Assembly (NCBI RefSeq): GCF_009914755.1
Contig: NC_060942.1
Source: the human T2T-CHM13v2.0 reference genome, Homo sapiens
Direction: 5' to 3' (one strand)
Length of the DNA: 64,000 nucleotides
Shown: piece by piece, positions 1 through 16,222 of the stretch
How the letters are laid out: every line of letters begins with the position of its first letter
Position numbering within the stretch: position 1 is the stretch's first letter
Program-made: the position numbers and the translations under genes
The notes under the pieces: generated by a model
Databases searched by the model: none
What the model saw: only the letters and a program-made list of their open reading frames with translations
What the model was told of the DNA's origin: nothing

Positions 1-1564
1 TGAGCGCACCTGTCGCTGGAGGAAGAGGAGGCAGGAGGGGGAGAGGAGGCGGTGGTGATGGCCTCCAGCTCCTGCCTCGCCTGGTCCACACCTGCAGTGT
101 TTGCTTAGCTCTGCAGGGTGGGGTCAGCCTACGTGAGAAATTCGAAAACTCAACAACATTTCAAACATCAGCAGAGACAGAATTCCTGTGAGACAGCAGC
201 TGGCAGGCACAGAGTAGCAGCTGTCCCTTTGGTGGGGTGGGGGTCGGTACATGGTCTCCAAGGGTCCGAGGCCCACTGCTCCTGACCCTATCTGAGAGGT
301 CCCTATCATTTCCTACCCATTTTGCTAACAAAAGCTGTCTCAGAAGAAGGGGGAGGGCAGAAGGCACTGCCCTTGCCTCTGGGCAGCCTCATCCCAGCCC
401 TTGGCACTCCAGGGTGCCAGTGAGGTCCCACCTGTGCCCCCTTAAGGAGAGGCTGGTAGATGGCTCATCCCCACGGGGAGAGTGAGTCCTGGACTCTGTG
501 GCCCTGAGCTTGTCACTTGCTCACCCCAATGAAGCGCTGCCCAGGGGAGATTACTGTCTTTGGAGTTTGGGGCAGGAGGGTGGGTGAAATCACTCAGCCA
601 GAGGATGGAGAGGCTGCTAGTGAGATACAGGCCCCCTCCTCGAGCTTTAGGGGTGGAGGAAGGCAGGAGCTCAAAGGCATGGGGAGCTGAGACATTGAGA
701 AGGAGAGGGGAGTTCCGGAGTCTAGGCCCCTCCCTCTCTCCTGGCCTCCTCCTGGGCCCAGTGGAGACAGGAGCCTGGAGCCTGGTTTGCGTCTTCTCTC
801 TTCTGTGGGAGTGAGGGAAGGCTTTGGTCTCTAGGCTGAGCCAGTCTCAGGATCCTGTGTCCGTTGTCCCAGCTCTGCCCTAGCCTGCCATGAGCGCTGC
901 AGGAGGCCTTCTGCAGGCTGGCGCCCTGCCCCTGGGCTCACCTTTCATGTGAGAGATGGAGGAGGTGCAGACCTGGCCAGTCACTGCAGTGTGCAGGCGG
1001 ACTGGGAGGCCATCCCAGCACCTGGGATGTGGACAGCTTCCTGGAAGAAGTCACAGCTGAGTGTGTCTTTAGAAAAAAAGCAGGAGTCAGCTAGGAAGGT
1101 TAGGTGATGGGCTTGGGGAGGGGAGAGAGAAGAGGAGGGGTCGGGGCCAATAGAGAAGATGAAAGCAGAAGGGGCAAAAGAGAACATAGCACCAAGGACC
1201 TCCAAGAAATGCACTTTGGCTAAAGTTTGAGGTGGGAGAGGTCAGGACTTGGGGGCCCCGTGTGGAGGGCAGAATTGCAGGTGGGTGTCCTGCTCGAACT
1301 GATGGGGTGTGGCCCTTGGGGGCTGTGAGTTGGGGTGGACTTGATGAGTCGTACATTGAAGGAGACATAGGAATAAAGGACTTCTGGGTTTCTGGCTCAT
1401 GCAGCTGGCTGGCTCTCATTGCTTTTGAGAGAAATGTGAGCTGGAGAGGGATTAGGAAGTAATCAATTGTGACGGCTCCAGCCGTGGGGTCGGCTCTGTT
1501 TAGCGATGGTGGACTTGGACTGTGGTGCTGGGAACCCCTTCCCTATACCTTACAGCTGCAGGGC

Positions 1565-1700
1565 CTTGGGCAACTTTCTCCATTTCTTTTTGCCTCCGTT
1601 TCCTCATCTTTAACGTGGAGAATAATTTTTGCTGTCCTCAGAGTTACTGTGTGGAATAAATGTACATGTGAACTGCTCAGAACAGCACGGGGCAGAAGAA
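1565..1700 (+). mobile_element. MIR SINE fragment
   Basis: cttgggcaa...gcctccgtttcctcatcttt...ggagaataat resembles the MIR core. Confidence 0.6.
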
Positions 1701-2249
1701 GCGCTCTGTAAGCTTGAGCTCAGGCCGTGGAGCTGGGCAGGGTGTGAGGTGGAGGCCATCTCCAGGAAGCTCAGCTGCTGAAGGCAGGTCCGAGGGCTTG
1801 CAAACACCCACTTTCAAGGAATAGTGGGAGGGAGATGAGCCGCAGAATGGTGGGGAGATAGGAGGAAAGCCACGAGGGGAGGCAGGGGCCACAGGCCACG
1901 GGCCCTGGAACACAGGGAATGCAGCTGGGATGTGGGTGACGGGTGGCTGCTGGCATTGGTATGGAAGGTGCCAGTGCCTTGTCAGGGCGGAGGGCGACTA
2001 GAGATCAAGGTGAGGGGAAAAATAGCCACGAGACTAAAGGAGGCGTTGAGGATTCGAGAGCCTGAGGTGGGCTGGCCTGGGAGCCACGTCTGCTTGGACC
2101 AGCTCCTCCTCTTCCTCCCAGGGTTGAGGTTGTACAGAGATTTGTGACGCATCAACAGCTGTGAACTGCTGACCACATGTGCCACATGACACCATGTGAT
2201 AGGCGTGTTATTACCTGGGTACCCGATGAACTGTTAGGTTTTATTGATT

Positions 2250-2930
2250 GTCACACGTATCAGGTTCTTCAGAGAAACAGGACCGGCAGGAGGTGGGTGG
2301 GTCCAGTCTGCAGGGTGGGCTGGCAGCTGGAGACGCGGAGAGACAGCTGATGTTCCAGTTTGAAGGCCATAGGGCAGGAAGAGTTGTTCATGTGGACAGA
2401 GTCCCAAGGCCATTTGCGGAGAACCCCCTCTTACTTGGGGGAGGGTCAGCCTTTTCATTCTGTTTGGGCCCTCAGCTGTTGGACAAGGCCTGCCCACAGG
2501 AAGGAGAGGGATCTACTTTCCTGATTAAGATGCTGATGCCCTCGCAGAAACACCCAGAACAATTTTTTTTTTTTTTTGAGATGGAGCCTTGCTCTGTCTC
2601 CCAGGATGGAGTGCAGTGGCGTAATCTTGGCTCACCGCAACCTCCACCTCCTGGGCTCACGCGTTTCTCCTACCTCAGCCCCCTGAGTAGCTGGGATTAT
2701 AGGCGTGTGCCAGCACACCCACCTAATTTTTGTATTTTTAGTAGAGACAGGGTTTCCCCATGTTGGCCAGGCTGGTCTCGAACTCCTGACTTCAGGTGAT
2801 CTGCCTGCCTCGGCCTCCCAGTGCTGGGATTACAGGCATGAGCCACCACGCCTAGCCCAGAACAATGTCTGACCAAGTATCTGCGCTCCACGTAGCTCAG
2901 TCAAGTTGACACATAAAATTAACCATCACA
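2250..2930 (-). mobile_element. MLT2-type (ERVL) LTR interrupted by an Alu
   Basis: Ends in gtcaagttgacacataaaattaaccatca, typical of MLT2. An Alu at ~2563-2855 is flanked by the duplication cccagaacaat. Confidence 0.7.
2563..2855 (-). mobile_element. AluS
   Basis: Poly-T followed by a full antisense Alu dimer; TSD cccagaacaat. Confidence 0.95.
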
Positions 2931-4809
2931 ACACATTCACTTGTGTTGCAGTAAATCTGGAAGCATAAACATGGGGCGTGTCGTCAGGTGCACACCTCCA
3001 GTGGCCACATCTTCCTGACCTGACAGAGGGAAAGACACATCTCCTATTGAAACTGCACTCTGGCAAGGCTCCGGCGTGCTGCTCTGTGGATGATGCACAG
3101 GGCCTGGGTTCCAGAGCACATGCCAGCTGCCCTGCAGTGACTGGCATAAAGGTCGGATGGGGACAGGAGCACAAGAACAAGATGGGGTGAGACAGGAAAG
3201 ATAGTTGGACGTCTCCATGAATATGTTAGCCTAGGATGTCTCTGAAGCTGGTTGATGGTGACCTTTCCTTTTAGATTTGAAATTCAGGCTTCAGTGACTT
3301 CAGGCCCATATTTTATATGTTATACATTAACAGAATGCTACTGGAAGGAGAGACCCGAGCCAGGGGGGTCTGTGAAGTGCATGCTTAGTTAGCGAGTAGC
3401 TGAAAAACATTAATTAAAAACCAGGATACCTAACTCATTGCTGGTGGAGTGAGAGTGTTTAAAATCTCTAAGACTGAGGGAAAATAGCCGTGGTAAAGGG
3501 GTTCAGCGGGACCTTACCTGGCAACCCCATGTGCTCCCTCGCCCTGTGGACGTGATCCTGGCTAAAGGGCAGGGCTGTTTGAGTCTCGCTTACTGATTTT
3601 AGAAATACAGCACTTTTCCTCACTTTTTCTCTTAGCATAGGACAATTCGTGAATTAAACTTTTCTTAACCTAGTATTTTAGCATCCTATTTGCAACGTGT
3701 ACATTGTATGTACGGTAGGTTCTTATTTTTTGTAACAATACAAAAATTAGCTGAAAAAGTCATTAGATTTTCTCAGATACATGTTCTCACAACTGATACT
3801 GGTGAGGTTCTGTGTGTAAATAAGTTTGTGGACCAAGACCTTTTCATACAATACCTCATGTGATTCCTAAAACAACCCAATGTGTTAGATACACTGTTAT
3901 TACAGAAGAGGAAATGAAGGCCATGAGAACCCATATAGAATTTGAATTTAGAGCTGTCTGATTCTGGAGTGTACTTTATCCCTCTCTACTCCCACTGATG
4001 TTATGAAACTGCTGAAAACAAGAATTACATCCTGGAAGGGAATTTTTCATACCCATCTTCATGAAGAGCTACAGGACAAGGCTTCTGACTTTTTTTAGGT
4101 TAGCTTAGTGTCATTGTCTGTTGGTGACTGAAGGAAGCTAGCTGGCGCAGCCCCCATGTGTGCAAGGCCCCCGAGTACACCTGATAGAGCCCTATCTGGT
4201 GTATATGGGTGCATGTCGCTGGCATCAGCACCCTGCCGGGGTGAGGGTAGTTCCTGGAGCTACTGGGATGAAATGCAGAGCTCCCAACCTGGAGGAGTGC
4301 ATGGCCCAGTGGAGGAGACAGGGCAGTGACCAAGTACAGTGGACTGTGCAGTAGCTGACCCAGGAAGAGGGGCCTCAGCCAGGGCAGTGGGCGGACGGCC
4401 ACACGGGCGACCTCCTGGAGCAGCTGTGCTGGAGTAGATGGAGGCTGAGAGCACAGACAGGCAGAAGGTGGCCAGGGATGTCATTGCAGGCACAAGGGAT
4501 CGTGTCCAAAGACATGGAGGTACAGGAGGGAGGACACTCGAGGGGGCTTGAGCCTGGCATGGGGCATGCTGCCCTGGCTGGGTGTGAAGGGCCTTGCACA
4601 CCTGATGCAAGACAGCAGCCCGATTGTGAGGCCAGGTCTAGTGGAAGAGGCTGGCCACAGGGTCACCTGCCCTGCTGGTAGGAGGTACAGGCATGTTCGA
4701 GCCCCATGGCCTTCCTTATGACACACTCACAAAGAAAGTCATCAGAGAAACTGCAATAATAAATATTAATAAAAGCAGAAAACAGTTAATATTTTAAAAG
4801 ATTATGAAG

Positions 4810-5100
4810 GCTAGGTGTAGTGGCTCACGTCTTAATCCCAGCACTTTGGGAGGCCGAGGCGGGAGGATCACTTGAGGCCTGGAGTTTGAGACCAGCCTTG
4901 GCAATATTGTGAGACCTCAGCTCTACAAAATAAAAATAAAAATGATCCGGGTGTGGTGGTGCGTGCTTGTAGTTGCAGCTACTGGGGAGGCTGAGGCGGG
5001 AGGATTGCTTGAGTTCAGGAGGTCAAGACTACAGTGAGCCAAGATTGCGCTACTGCACTCCATCTGGGGCAACAGAGAGAGACCCTGTCTCAAGAGAAAA
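4810..5100 (+). mobile_element. Alu (AluJ-like)
   Basis: ggctaggtgtagtggctcac...ccctgtctcaa dimer. Confidence 0.9.
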
Positions 5101-7539
5101 ATAACAACAGAGCATAACACAACACAGCATCCTGCCTCTGAATCCACTCTTCCCACTCTGTAACCCATGACTCGGCCCTGTTTTCCTGGCGGACACACCC
5201 AGATTGCAGCATTCTCCAAGCTGCCCCAAGGGCCCCCAGCACCCGCCTCCTCCACACACACAGCTGTGTATGTTTTGAATGTGGAAAACTGAGTGTATAA
5301 ATACCAGTGAGCTTCGATAAGGTGACACAAAAGGACATATTACAAAATCTTCTAGCATTTAGTTAACTGTGAGCTCAGTGTGCAGCAGCCAAGGACTCTT
5401 TATGCATTCACTCAGCAGGTGTTCCTGGAGACCCCCATGAGGCAGCCCCCATGCAGGGTGCACCATGGCCTGTTGGAGGTGGACAGAGACAGAGAGGGTA
5501 GGGTTCCTTACCCAGGCTGGTTGAGCAGACACATGGAGTGATAAGTGCTGTGGGTGCCAGTTGGTGGCTTGTGTAAGTGCTGTAGTCACAGTTGGGTGAG
5601 TGCCCCTCTGCCCGCAGAAGCTGGAGGCTCCTCATGTGGAAGGTGATGTTTGAACTGAGTCATGAAGGAGGAGGACAGTGGGCTGGCTGAGGCGGTTCCA
5701 TCAGGAGACTCCAGGGTTAATGATTCCATGTGACAGGGCCATGGCATTCTCAGAGCTCGGAGGGGAGGGGAGGGGAGCTGAGAAAGGGGTCGGGAAAGGC
5801 CCGCAGCTGCTGAGTGGATGGTTTGTTTGGTTTCTTCACAGAGGCCAGTAAGAGGAGCAGGGGAAGTCTAGTTAGTAAGAGGTATGGGGTGGGGTGGTCT
5901 GCTCCACAAAGTCATCCAGGGATCCAGCTTTGTCCTCCCTCATTGCTCCGAGGTGTTTCTTCCTGCATGGGCAGCACCACACCTACTTTGTAGCCTGTGG
6001 TGAGGGGGAATGGGACACGAGGAAGTGCAAGGCAGTATCCTTTTGAGGATGTGACTCGGAAGTTGCAGGTCTTGCTTTCAGTCCCATCCTCTGGGGCAGA
6101 ACTTGGTGCTGAGGCCACACGTATCCGCGTGGTGTGCAGATTGCAAGGCAGCTCTGTGCTTGCTCCAACTTGGAGGTTCTGTTCCTAAAAGGAAGAAGGG
6201 GAGACTGGACGTTTGGGGTCAAATGGTCTCTGCTACAAGGGCAAATCTGGAAGCTATTTTATGCTCCCTTCAGGGGTTTTGACTTTATCCACATAGTGAC
6301 AGGGCGCCACCAAGTGCTCTGCTGGGGAGACGCATGGTCACCGTGACCATGTTTTAGGAAGTGCGTCTGGCTGTGCCGGGAGAGTGGGTCTGAGTGCAGG
6401 AAGCAGATCTGGTCTAGCTCCAGGAGGTGGGACTTGTGGATGGAAGCACTGGATCTTTTCAACAGGGCAACCAGAAAAACAGCCAGACAGAAGGACCTGG
6501 GTGGTCAGCACTCACACAGACACTAGTGTTCCCGTTTGGAAAAATGTTACAGTCTATTCAAGCAGCCCAATGTGTGTTTTATTCATTCTTTCAAAGAACT
6601 CTGTGTACCTGCTGTATGTGTATCTGCTGAATGCCAGGGAGCATTCCTGATGCTAGGGGTACAGAAGGGAAGCAGAAAGAGCTCTGCCCTCAGAAGCCTC
6701 TGCCTAGGAGAGACAAACAGTCAACAACAAAACAGACAGGAAGGACGAAGGGAAGTAGAAAGAGCTCTGCCCTCTGAGCTCCTGCCTGGGAGAGACAGTC
6801 AAAAACAAAACCGACAGGAAGGATGGTTTCAGATGGGATATGGTAAGTTGTAGAAGGATCAGAAAACAGGAAGTCCTTGGGGGCAGAAACAGATTTGGTT
6901 AGGATCAGTGAGAAAACCCCAGAGCACAGCAGGAGAGCAACTTGGGGCTGACCTGTCGGAGGTGAGCTGTGAAGGGCTCGCCCTGGGATTTGGGATTTGG
7001 AGTTTCCCAAGGGCCCTGGGGTTTGGGATGTGTTCTGTGAGCAGCGGGAAGCCGTTGGATCATTTTCTGCAGTACAGTGATGTGATGTAATTGGTGTCTG
7101 AAAATTCCCCATCCAGCTGCTGCGTAGAGGCTGCAAGTGTGGACGAGTGGAATACCAGCCACCCTTGCAGGTAGCTTTATGGCTGCTCCCCATGTGGGGA
7201 TGCCACAAGCATGAAGTAAAGCCACTGTCTTCTCAGATGGTGGTCCTGGGTTCAGAACCCACCACCACCTGCCCACCCCGCCCGCTGAGGTGGAACATCC
7301 TGGTCTCCTAGTGGCTCTCTTCACGTGGGAGTTTGAGACTCTGCTCTAGCTCCATGCTACTGAAGTGAGCACCCCTGCATCAGGGTCACCATAGAGCTTA
7401 CCAGAAATGCAGCTCTCAGACCCCAGTCAGACCTGTGCAGCACAGTCTGCCCTTCCTTGATGATCCCAGAGGCTCTGCTGCCATATCCTCTCTGGGGCTG
7501 TGTCCCCTGGTTAGGCTGCCTTTCTCACCCCAGCTCTAT

Positions 7540-7820
7540 GCACACACTCCCCACAACCCCACACCACACCAACACACACACACACCCAGAAATCCATACA
7601 CACCCAGAGATACACACAGAGACACACATACCCTGCATCTTCCCACACCACACCGATACACACACACCCAGAGATAGACATACAGACACACCCTGCATCC
7701 TCTCACACCACAGCAACACACACACACACACAGAGATACACACAGAGACACACACCCTGACTCCCCCCATACCACATGAACACACACTTACAGGTACACA
7801 ACAGAGACACACACACATCA
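7540..7820. repeat. CA-rich low-complexity / compound microsatellite
   Basis: Runs of (CA)n with recurring acacccagagatacacacagagacaca sub-units. Confidence 0.9.
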
Positions 7821-8603
7821 GGAATCACCGTGGCCATACATGAGACAAGCTTTGTGCCGAAGGCCTGTCTGGCCAGCTCAGGGTTGAGGGTCCTGGACCA
7901 TGGGCAGATGCTACGGGAGCCACATGTGAGGAGTGTGAGATTCACAGACAAGGCCTGTGGAGCTTGATTTGTTGAGAGTCCTGTGTGCAAATTGGTGATT
8001 TGAGAAAATTGACCTGGTGGCAATGAGCAGGAACTAGGAAACCCTGGCCAGAGGCAGGGCCTGGGCAGTGGGAGCTGGAGGCTGTCATAGGAATATGAAG
8101 TCCTGGAGTTATGGCTACCCAGTGGACATGGCTATGTGGACGCTGTATGCTTTTTTTGGTATGACCTATCACATTCTGAATTTTCTATAACATATATCTG
8201 TTTTTTTTGCAACCAAGATTAAAACAAAAACTGCCTTGGCTCAGTACAGCGTGGGCCAGCTCTGGGATGTAGGCAGTGAGAAGAGCAGGCAGCCCCGTAT
8301 GGGGAGGAGCACATGGGAGGCTGAGTTTCGGGGGCTCCTGCCTGTTCTGTAGAATTCCCCGTGTGCTTCTTCTGGCAGCACAGGGCCTGGCATGAGCGGG
8401 TCCTTGGTGTGTGCTTATCAGAAGACGTGATGGATGTCACGTCCGGGCACCTGGCCAATTGATGGTCCTTTTGAGAGAAATACAGGATTCTGGGATGTAG
8501 CTAGTTTAGGAAGAAGGCTCTGAGTTCGTTTTTAGGTGCCCTGACTTTGTCATCATGATGAGGGAGACACCAAGTTGTTAAGACAGACAGAAATGGGCAA
8601 GAG

Positions 8604-8915
8604 CTGGGCGCGGTGGCTTACGCCTGTTATCCCAGCACTTTTGGAGGCAGCAGTGGGAGGATCGCTTGAGCCCAGGAGTTTGAGATCTGCCTGGCTAGCA
8701 TAGCAAGACCCTGTCTCTTCAAAAAATAAAAAATGAGCTGGGTGCAGTACCATGTGCCTGTAGTCCTAGCTATTGGGGAGGCTGAGGTGGGAGGATCACT
8801 TGAGCCCTGGGGTTAGAGGTTACTGTGAGCTGTGATTGTGACACCACACTTCGGCCTGGGTGACAGAGAGACCCAGTCTGTAAAACAAAACAAAGCAAAA
8901 CAAAACAAAACAAAA
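8604..8915 (+). mobile_element. Alu (AluJ-like) with (ACAAA)n tail
   Basis: Alu dimer sequence with a pentamer-repeat tail. Confidence 0.9.
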
Positions 8916-9644
8916 AGGAGAAGAAAGGCCTGGGCTGGACCAGAACTGGTCCCTCTGGAGTTGTCCAGGGACTGATTAGCCACTCTTTATCCCTTCCTGT
9001 TTGGGTTTTCCTGGGGTTCTTGGGACCATCCCAGTCCTTGCTCCTATGTATAGCTGTGATGGGTTTAGACCAGTGTGTTGGCAGCTTGCACAGCTGCGGA
9101 GCCTGTGTCGGAGCTCAGCCCTGTGGATCCTTGCATGAACTCTGAGACAGCTGATGCTGCTCCAGCCCAGAGCGCAGTGAGAGCTGGCCATGGTTCCTGA
9201 AACACAGTTTAGCTCTCCCGGGTTTCTCAGTGGGAACATTTACAATCAGATTCGAGGGCATATCCCATTTCATGGGATAAAGTGAATTAGGGAAAATAAG
9301 CTTTTACTTTACACTGAAATCTCCTAAATTTGAATTCATGGGATTATACAGGGCACAGGTGTGTAACATGATCTTGTTTTGGGCCGTTCTTACAGAGGAA
9401 GTTTCATGCTCTTTTCAAAACCCCTGTGTTTTTCTTTTACTCGAAGAGAAGTTGTTTCACAGGTGCAACAAAATAATTTTGAAATAATTTCAAGTAATGG
9501 AGAAATAATTTTTCTTGTAAAAGAATAATGGTGGAGTCATTAAGGCTCACTAGAAACCCAGAGAGCCTAGGCTGTGATATTAGCTCTGAGGTCAATGATG
9601 CAAGAAGTCAGTGACCCACAGAGCCACACCTGCTGCCCCCGCCG

Positions 9645-9663
9645 CCCCCCCCCCCCCCCCCCC
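9645..9663. repeat. Poly-C tract (C19)
   Basis: Uninterrupted C run ~110 nt upstream of the exon 2 acceptor. Confidence 0.95.
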
Positions 9664-9770
9664 ACCCAATGGCAGGCTGAATACAGAGGGGACTCGAAGG
9701 AGTGGATAATTCCTTTGCCTGGGAGGAGGATGTTTGCATGTTTAACCCAAATCCCGTACTTTTATTTCAG

Positions 9771-9904
9771 ATCATCAGAAAAGCCCTTACTGAGGAAAAA
9801 CGTGTCTCAACAAAAACATCAGCTGCAGATCTTGTGACAGAAACAGATCACCTTGTGGAAGATTTAATTATTTCTGAGTTGCGAGAGAGGTTTCCTTCAC
9901 ACAG
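9771..9904 (+). CDS. IMPA2: IMPA2 coding exon 2 (134 bp)
   Basis: tttatttcag|ATC...CACAG|gtaggt; encodes IIRKALTEEKRVSTKTSAADLVTETDHLVEDLIISELRERFPSH(R). Confidence 0.98.
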
Positions 9905-11321
9905 GTAGGTGTACTCCTCTGGGAAACACCCCCAGTAACCCTGGCCACACTCATAGAGAATGCAGGGTCTGCCGGGGTCAGGGGGCTCTGCTGTTTGTTG
10001 ATGTGGCCAGACGTGAAGCCCTAAGCCACGCAGCCTAACCTGCGATTTGTCAGTTACTTAGTAAGCAAACTCAGCCCTGTTTTCATTCTTTTTACTGTCA
10101 TCTTAACAACCATCACGTCAATGCATCCTCTTGTGAATATTGAAGCAGCTCTTTTTACAACACATGCTCAGGAAAAGCTCCTTGCACCCCTGTACTCAAC
10201 CATTTGTTATTTCTGGAAGGACCCACTAGAAGTGTGACCCACCCTAAGAAGCCTGGAGTGGTGATGTCCCCTGGTGGCCTATGCCTGTTCAGCTGCCTGG
10301 GCAACTTTCCCAGGAGGATGGGATGCCAAGTGGCACTGGCAGCCGCGTGGGGCCCCCGGCCCACCACTAGTGCTTAGTGATGCACGCCCCCTCGCCCAGG
10401 CCAGAGGGCGCAGTGGGAATGGCTGCCACAGCCGGGCCCCAGAGCTGTCCCTGCAAGAGGCCTGTATGAGCACCTCTTAACCTTTTTGGGGTCACCCTTT
10501 GAGTATTTGATGCTAGCTATTAATCTTTTGTTCAGAAAAATTAAAATATTTACACAGCATTTTGCATAGCATTTTAAGGGAGCCATGAACCCCAGATTGA
10601 GACATCTTCTTTAACTCTGGGGGGCTCTAAGGCCCCTCTCTCACCTCTAGAGTTCTGCAGTATAAATGCTGAAGACCATGCAAGGGATCTTTTTTCTTCG
10701 TTACATAGAATCTTTTAAAGATGTTGGATTCTTAAAACTGGAATACCAGTTATTGGATTTCTGGCTGTAGGGTATTATAACTGTCAGGTTCCAGGTTTAG
10801 ATGGACTTAGGTGGCAGAAATATAGATGGTACTCTCCCTCAGTGTCCATTCAGCACATGGTAGGCTTAAAATACTTTTCTTTACATTTATTTTTATATAT
10901 TTTTTAAGAGATAGGGTCTTGCTCAGTTGCCCAGGTTGGAGTGCAGTGGCATGATCATAGCTCACTGCAGCCTTGAACTCCTGGGTTCCAGTGATCCTCC
11001 TGCTTCAGCCTCCTGAGTAGCTGGGATTACAGGAGCCACTCCACCTGGCTCTTTTTTTTTTTTTTTTTTTTCTGTGAATGATTATATAAATGAAAGAACA
11101 AGCGAGTGTTAAACACTTACCTTCTTTTTTTTTCCCGTCGTTTCCTTCTAACTTGTTAGGTTATCTCAAGGTTACCAGCTCTCCCTCTGAATTTCTGTTT
11201 GCCAGTCGCTCATGTTTGTTTTGTTGACAACCTTTGAGTTTAAGCTTCTCTAACTTCCTATTTCCCTACTCTGCTTGAGGTCAGGATCCCAAGAATTGGT
11301 TACAGTAGTTATAGGGTGTAA

Positions 11322-11631
<310 letters not shown>

Positions 11632-11662
11632 CCAGTGTTTGTGATTTTTAAAAAGCCTTTTA

Positions 11663-12077
<415 letters not shown>

Positions 12078-12615
12078 CTAGAGGTTTCTGCGGTGATGAT
12101 CCGTGTGGCCGTGGCATGGGAGGGCTGGCTCATCTGCGTGGGGTCTGGTAAAGGCTTGGAGGAGATGCAGGATCAGGCACAGTGAAGTTATTGGGGCTGT
12201 GATGTGTTTCAGTCAGGTCACTTGGACAAACTGCACTCTGAGATTGCACGCAACCCACTGTTGGGTTAATGTGTGCAGTTGGTTCCATTTGTAAAAGGTA
12301 AATTTAGATACTCGCTGTTGTGTACACAAGGTAAAAGTTAATGTATTATGGGGTGAGCACAGGTACCTCCCTCCACCCTTGAGGCCTTAGGGTTGCCAGG
12401 GACCGCCAGACTCCAGAGTTCCTTGGGAAAACCATGATGCAGAGCAGGGGATTATAGGTAGGGTGAGACAGGCTTACCTGGGAGCGTGCCCGGGCTGAAC
12501 ACCAGCCTCCATCTCTGAAAAGGCCCCCTGGTAGGGTCAGACCCACACACCTGTCCAGGAATCAGTGATTGAAATCTGGGGTTCCCAAGCTCTAGCCCAC
12601 AAGTCAGTGGACTGT

Positions 12616-12636
12616 GGCTGCACCACGGACAGCCCC
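12616..12636 (+). promoter_or_regulatory. Candidate RE1/NRSE (REST binding site)
   Basis: GGCTGCACCACGGACAGCCCC vs consensus TTCAGCACCACGGACAGCGCC: 17/21 with the canonical 2-bp spacer. Confidence 0.6.
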
Positions 12637-13210
12637 AGTCTGTGTGTCACCCCCATCTTCCCTAGCTCTGAGGGTGAATGTGTGGACACGGTGAAAGCAG
12701 CTGTTCTCTTCTCTGCTCAGTGTGCCTCAAAAATTGACATCAAATGCAGTTGTTTTTCAACATATTTATGTGAAGTGAGTTTTTTTTGCCAATGACTAAG
12801 ATTAAAAAGAAAGTAAATTTTGGGGATTTAATTGTATTTTAGATCATAGAAAAGTTGATAAATTTGTGATGAGAGAAAATTGTATACATATTGTAAAATA
12901 GGACATTGTGATTTTTTTCTGCTTTCTAAGTATTTAAATATATCCCTTAAACAATATATTTAATTTGAAGTTGCCTCTCATCCTCCTTTAGGAAAGACTT
13001 TTATTCTGAGCTTTTCTCTTTCCTTGATTTTAGTCTTTCATGAAATGATATTAAAAATAGACTTAATAACATTTTTTTAAAAACCTGATACAGGCTCCCC
13101 AGTTTTATTATTTTATTTCACTCATCCATGAAATCCAAAGGTTTGCTCCTTGACCTGGAAGACAGGTGTAGACTGAATCAAAGAATGATAAGGTTTAAAC
13201 TTCCTTCTGG

Positions 13211-14652
<1,442 letters not shown>

Positions 14653-15251
14653 CTAGGCCCAGAGATGAGGTCAGCAGCTCAAGGGTCTAGTGTTTTTAGC
14701 TGTCTTCCCAGCCCTGCTCCAGAGCCCCCATGTAACCTGCTGCCCTGCAGTGCCCAGCACAGAGCAGTGTCTGTTGAATGCGTGAGTCAAGCAAAACATC
14801 AAACAGAATCCTTGACATGGGAAAAACATGCTCCCAGCCACCACCAGCTGAACATTGACATCCAGCTGCTTTCCCACTGGGCAGTGGCTTGTGAAGATGG
14901 GGACAGAGTATCATAAATCATCTCCTTTGTGGACAGCAGGGATGATCCTGACCTTCTTGTCACAGACTAAACAGACTAAGTAGCCAGAAGAAAAAAAAAG
15001 AAAGAAAGAAAAAAGGGGCTTAAAGGCACTCAGCTGTCAAAATTATAAGGAGGGTTTGTTAAAACTATTTTTTAAAAAAGAAAAGTGGTTAAGTTATGCA
15101 GTAGGATATAATATTCTATAATAACTTATTACCAAACTTTTAGCCTTAATCCAGTTGCTATTTTCCTCTTGTCTATTGGATAGACGTATGGAATGTTCTT
15201 TTTTTCCCTAAATTTAGTCATGTGCATTTTTTTTCCTATTTATATTGTGGG

Positions 15252-15578
<327 letters not shown>

Positions 15579-16033
15579 TAGGAAGGTCTTTATGATTTCA
15601 CACATCTGTCTACAGTCATGTCTGCAGAGCAGACTCTCCCCACTCCCTCTGCAGACAGCTGTAAAACATTGTCTTTCATCTCACAGGTATTAGCTTCCTA
15701 CATGAGTAAAATCAGGTTTAAGTGAATAAAAATTGTGCATCTCTTCCCATGTACCAGGGAAGTATTTTTGGTGCCTCCAAAGACCGAGCACGGTTCACGC
15801 CTCTGCTGGCCTTCACACCGCTGCAGCCACACAGTGCAGAAGCCTGCTCCCTGCTGCCCACAAGCATGAGGCAGGTGGGAAGGGGGATGCTCGTGCCACC
15901 TTGTAGGCGGGCAGGCAGTCTCATGGGCAGAGGTGTACACAAGGTGGGTGATGAGGAAGACAGCTCTAGGGTATGAATGATCAGCTGCTGAAAAACATCC
16001 AGTGCTCAGTGTGGGTACTTAGAGTTATTCTCA

Positions 16034-16222
<189 letters not shown>

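Noticed and set aside
3513-3523. CTTACCTGGCA resembling the U1 snRNA 5' end
   Set aside because: Only 11 nt match and no U1 body follows; it is simply a 5' splice-site-like sequence on the - strand.
7435-8023. His/Thr-rich and Cys/Val-rich ORFs
   Set aside because: Translations of CA/TG low-complexity sequence.
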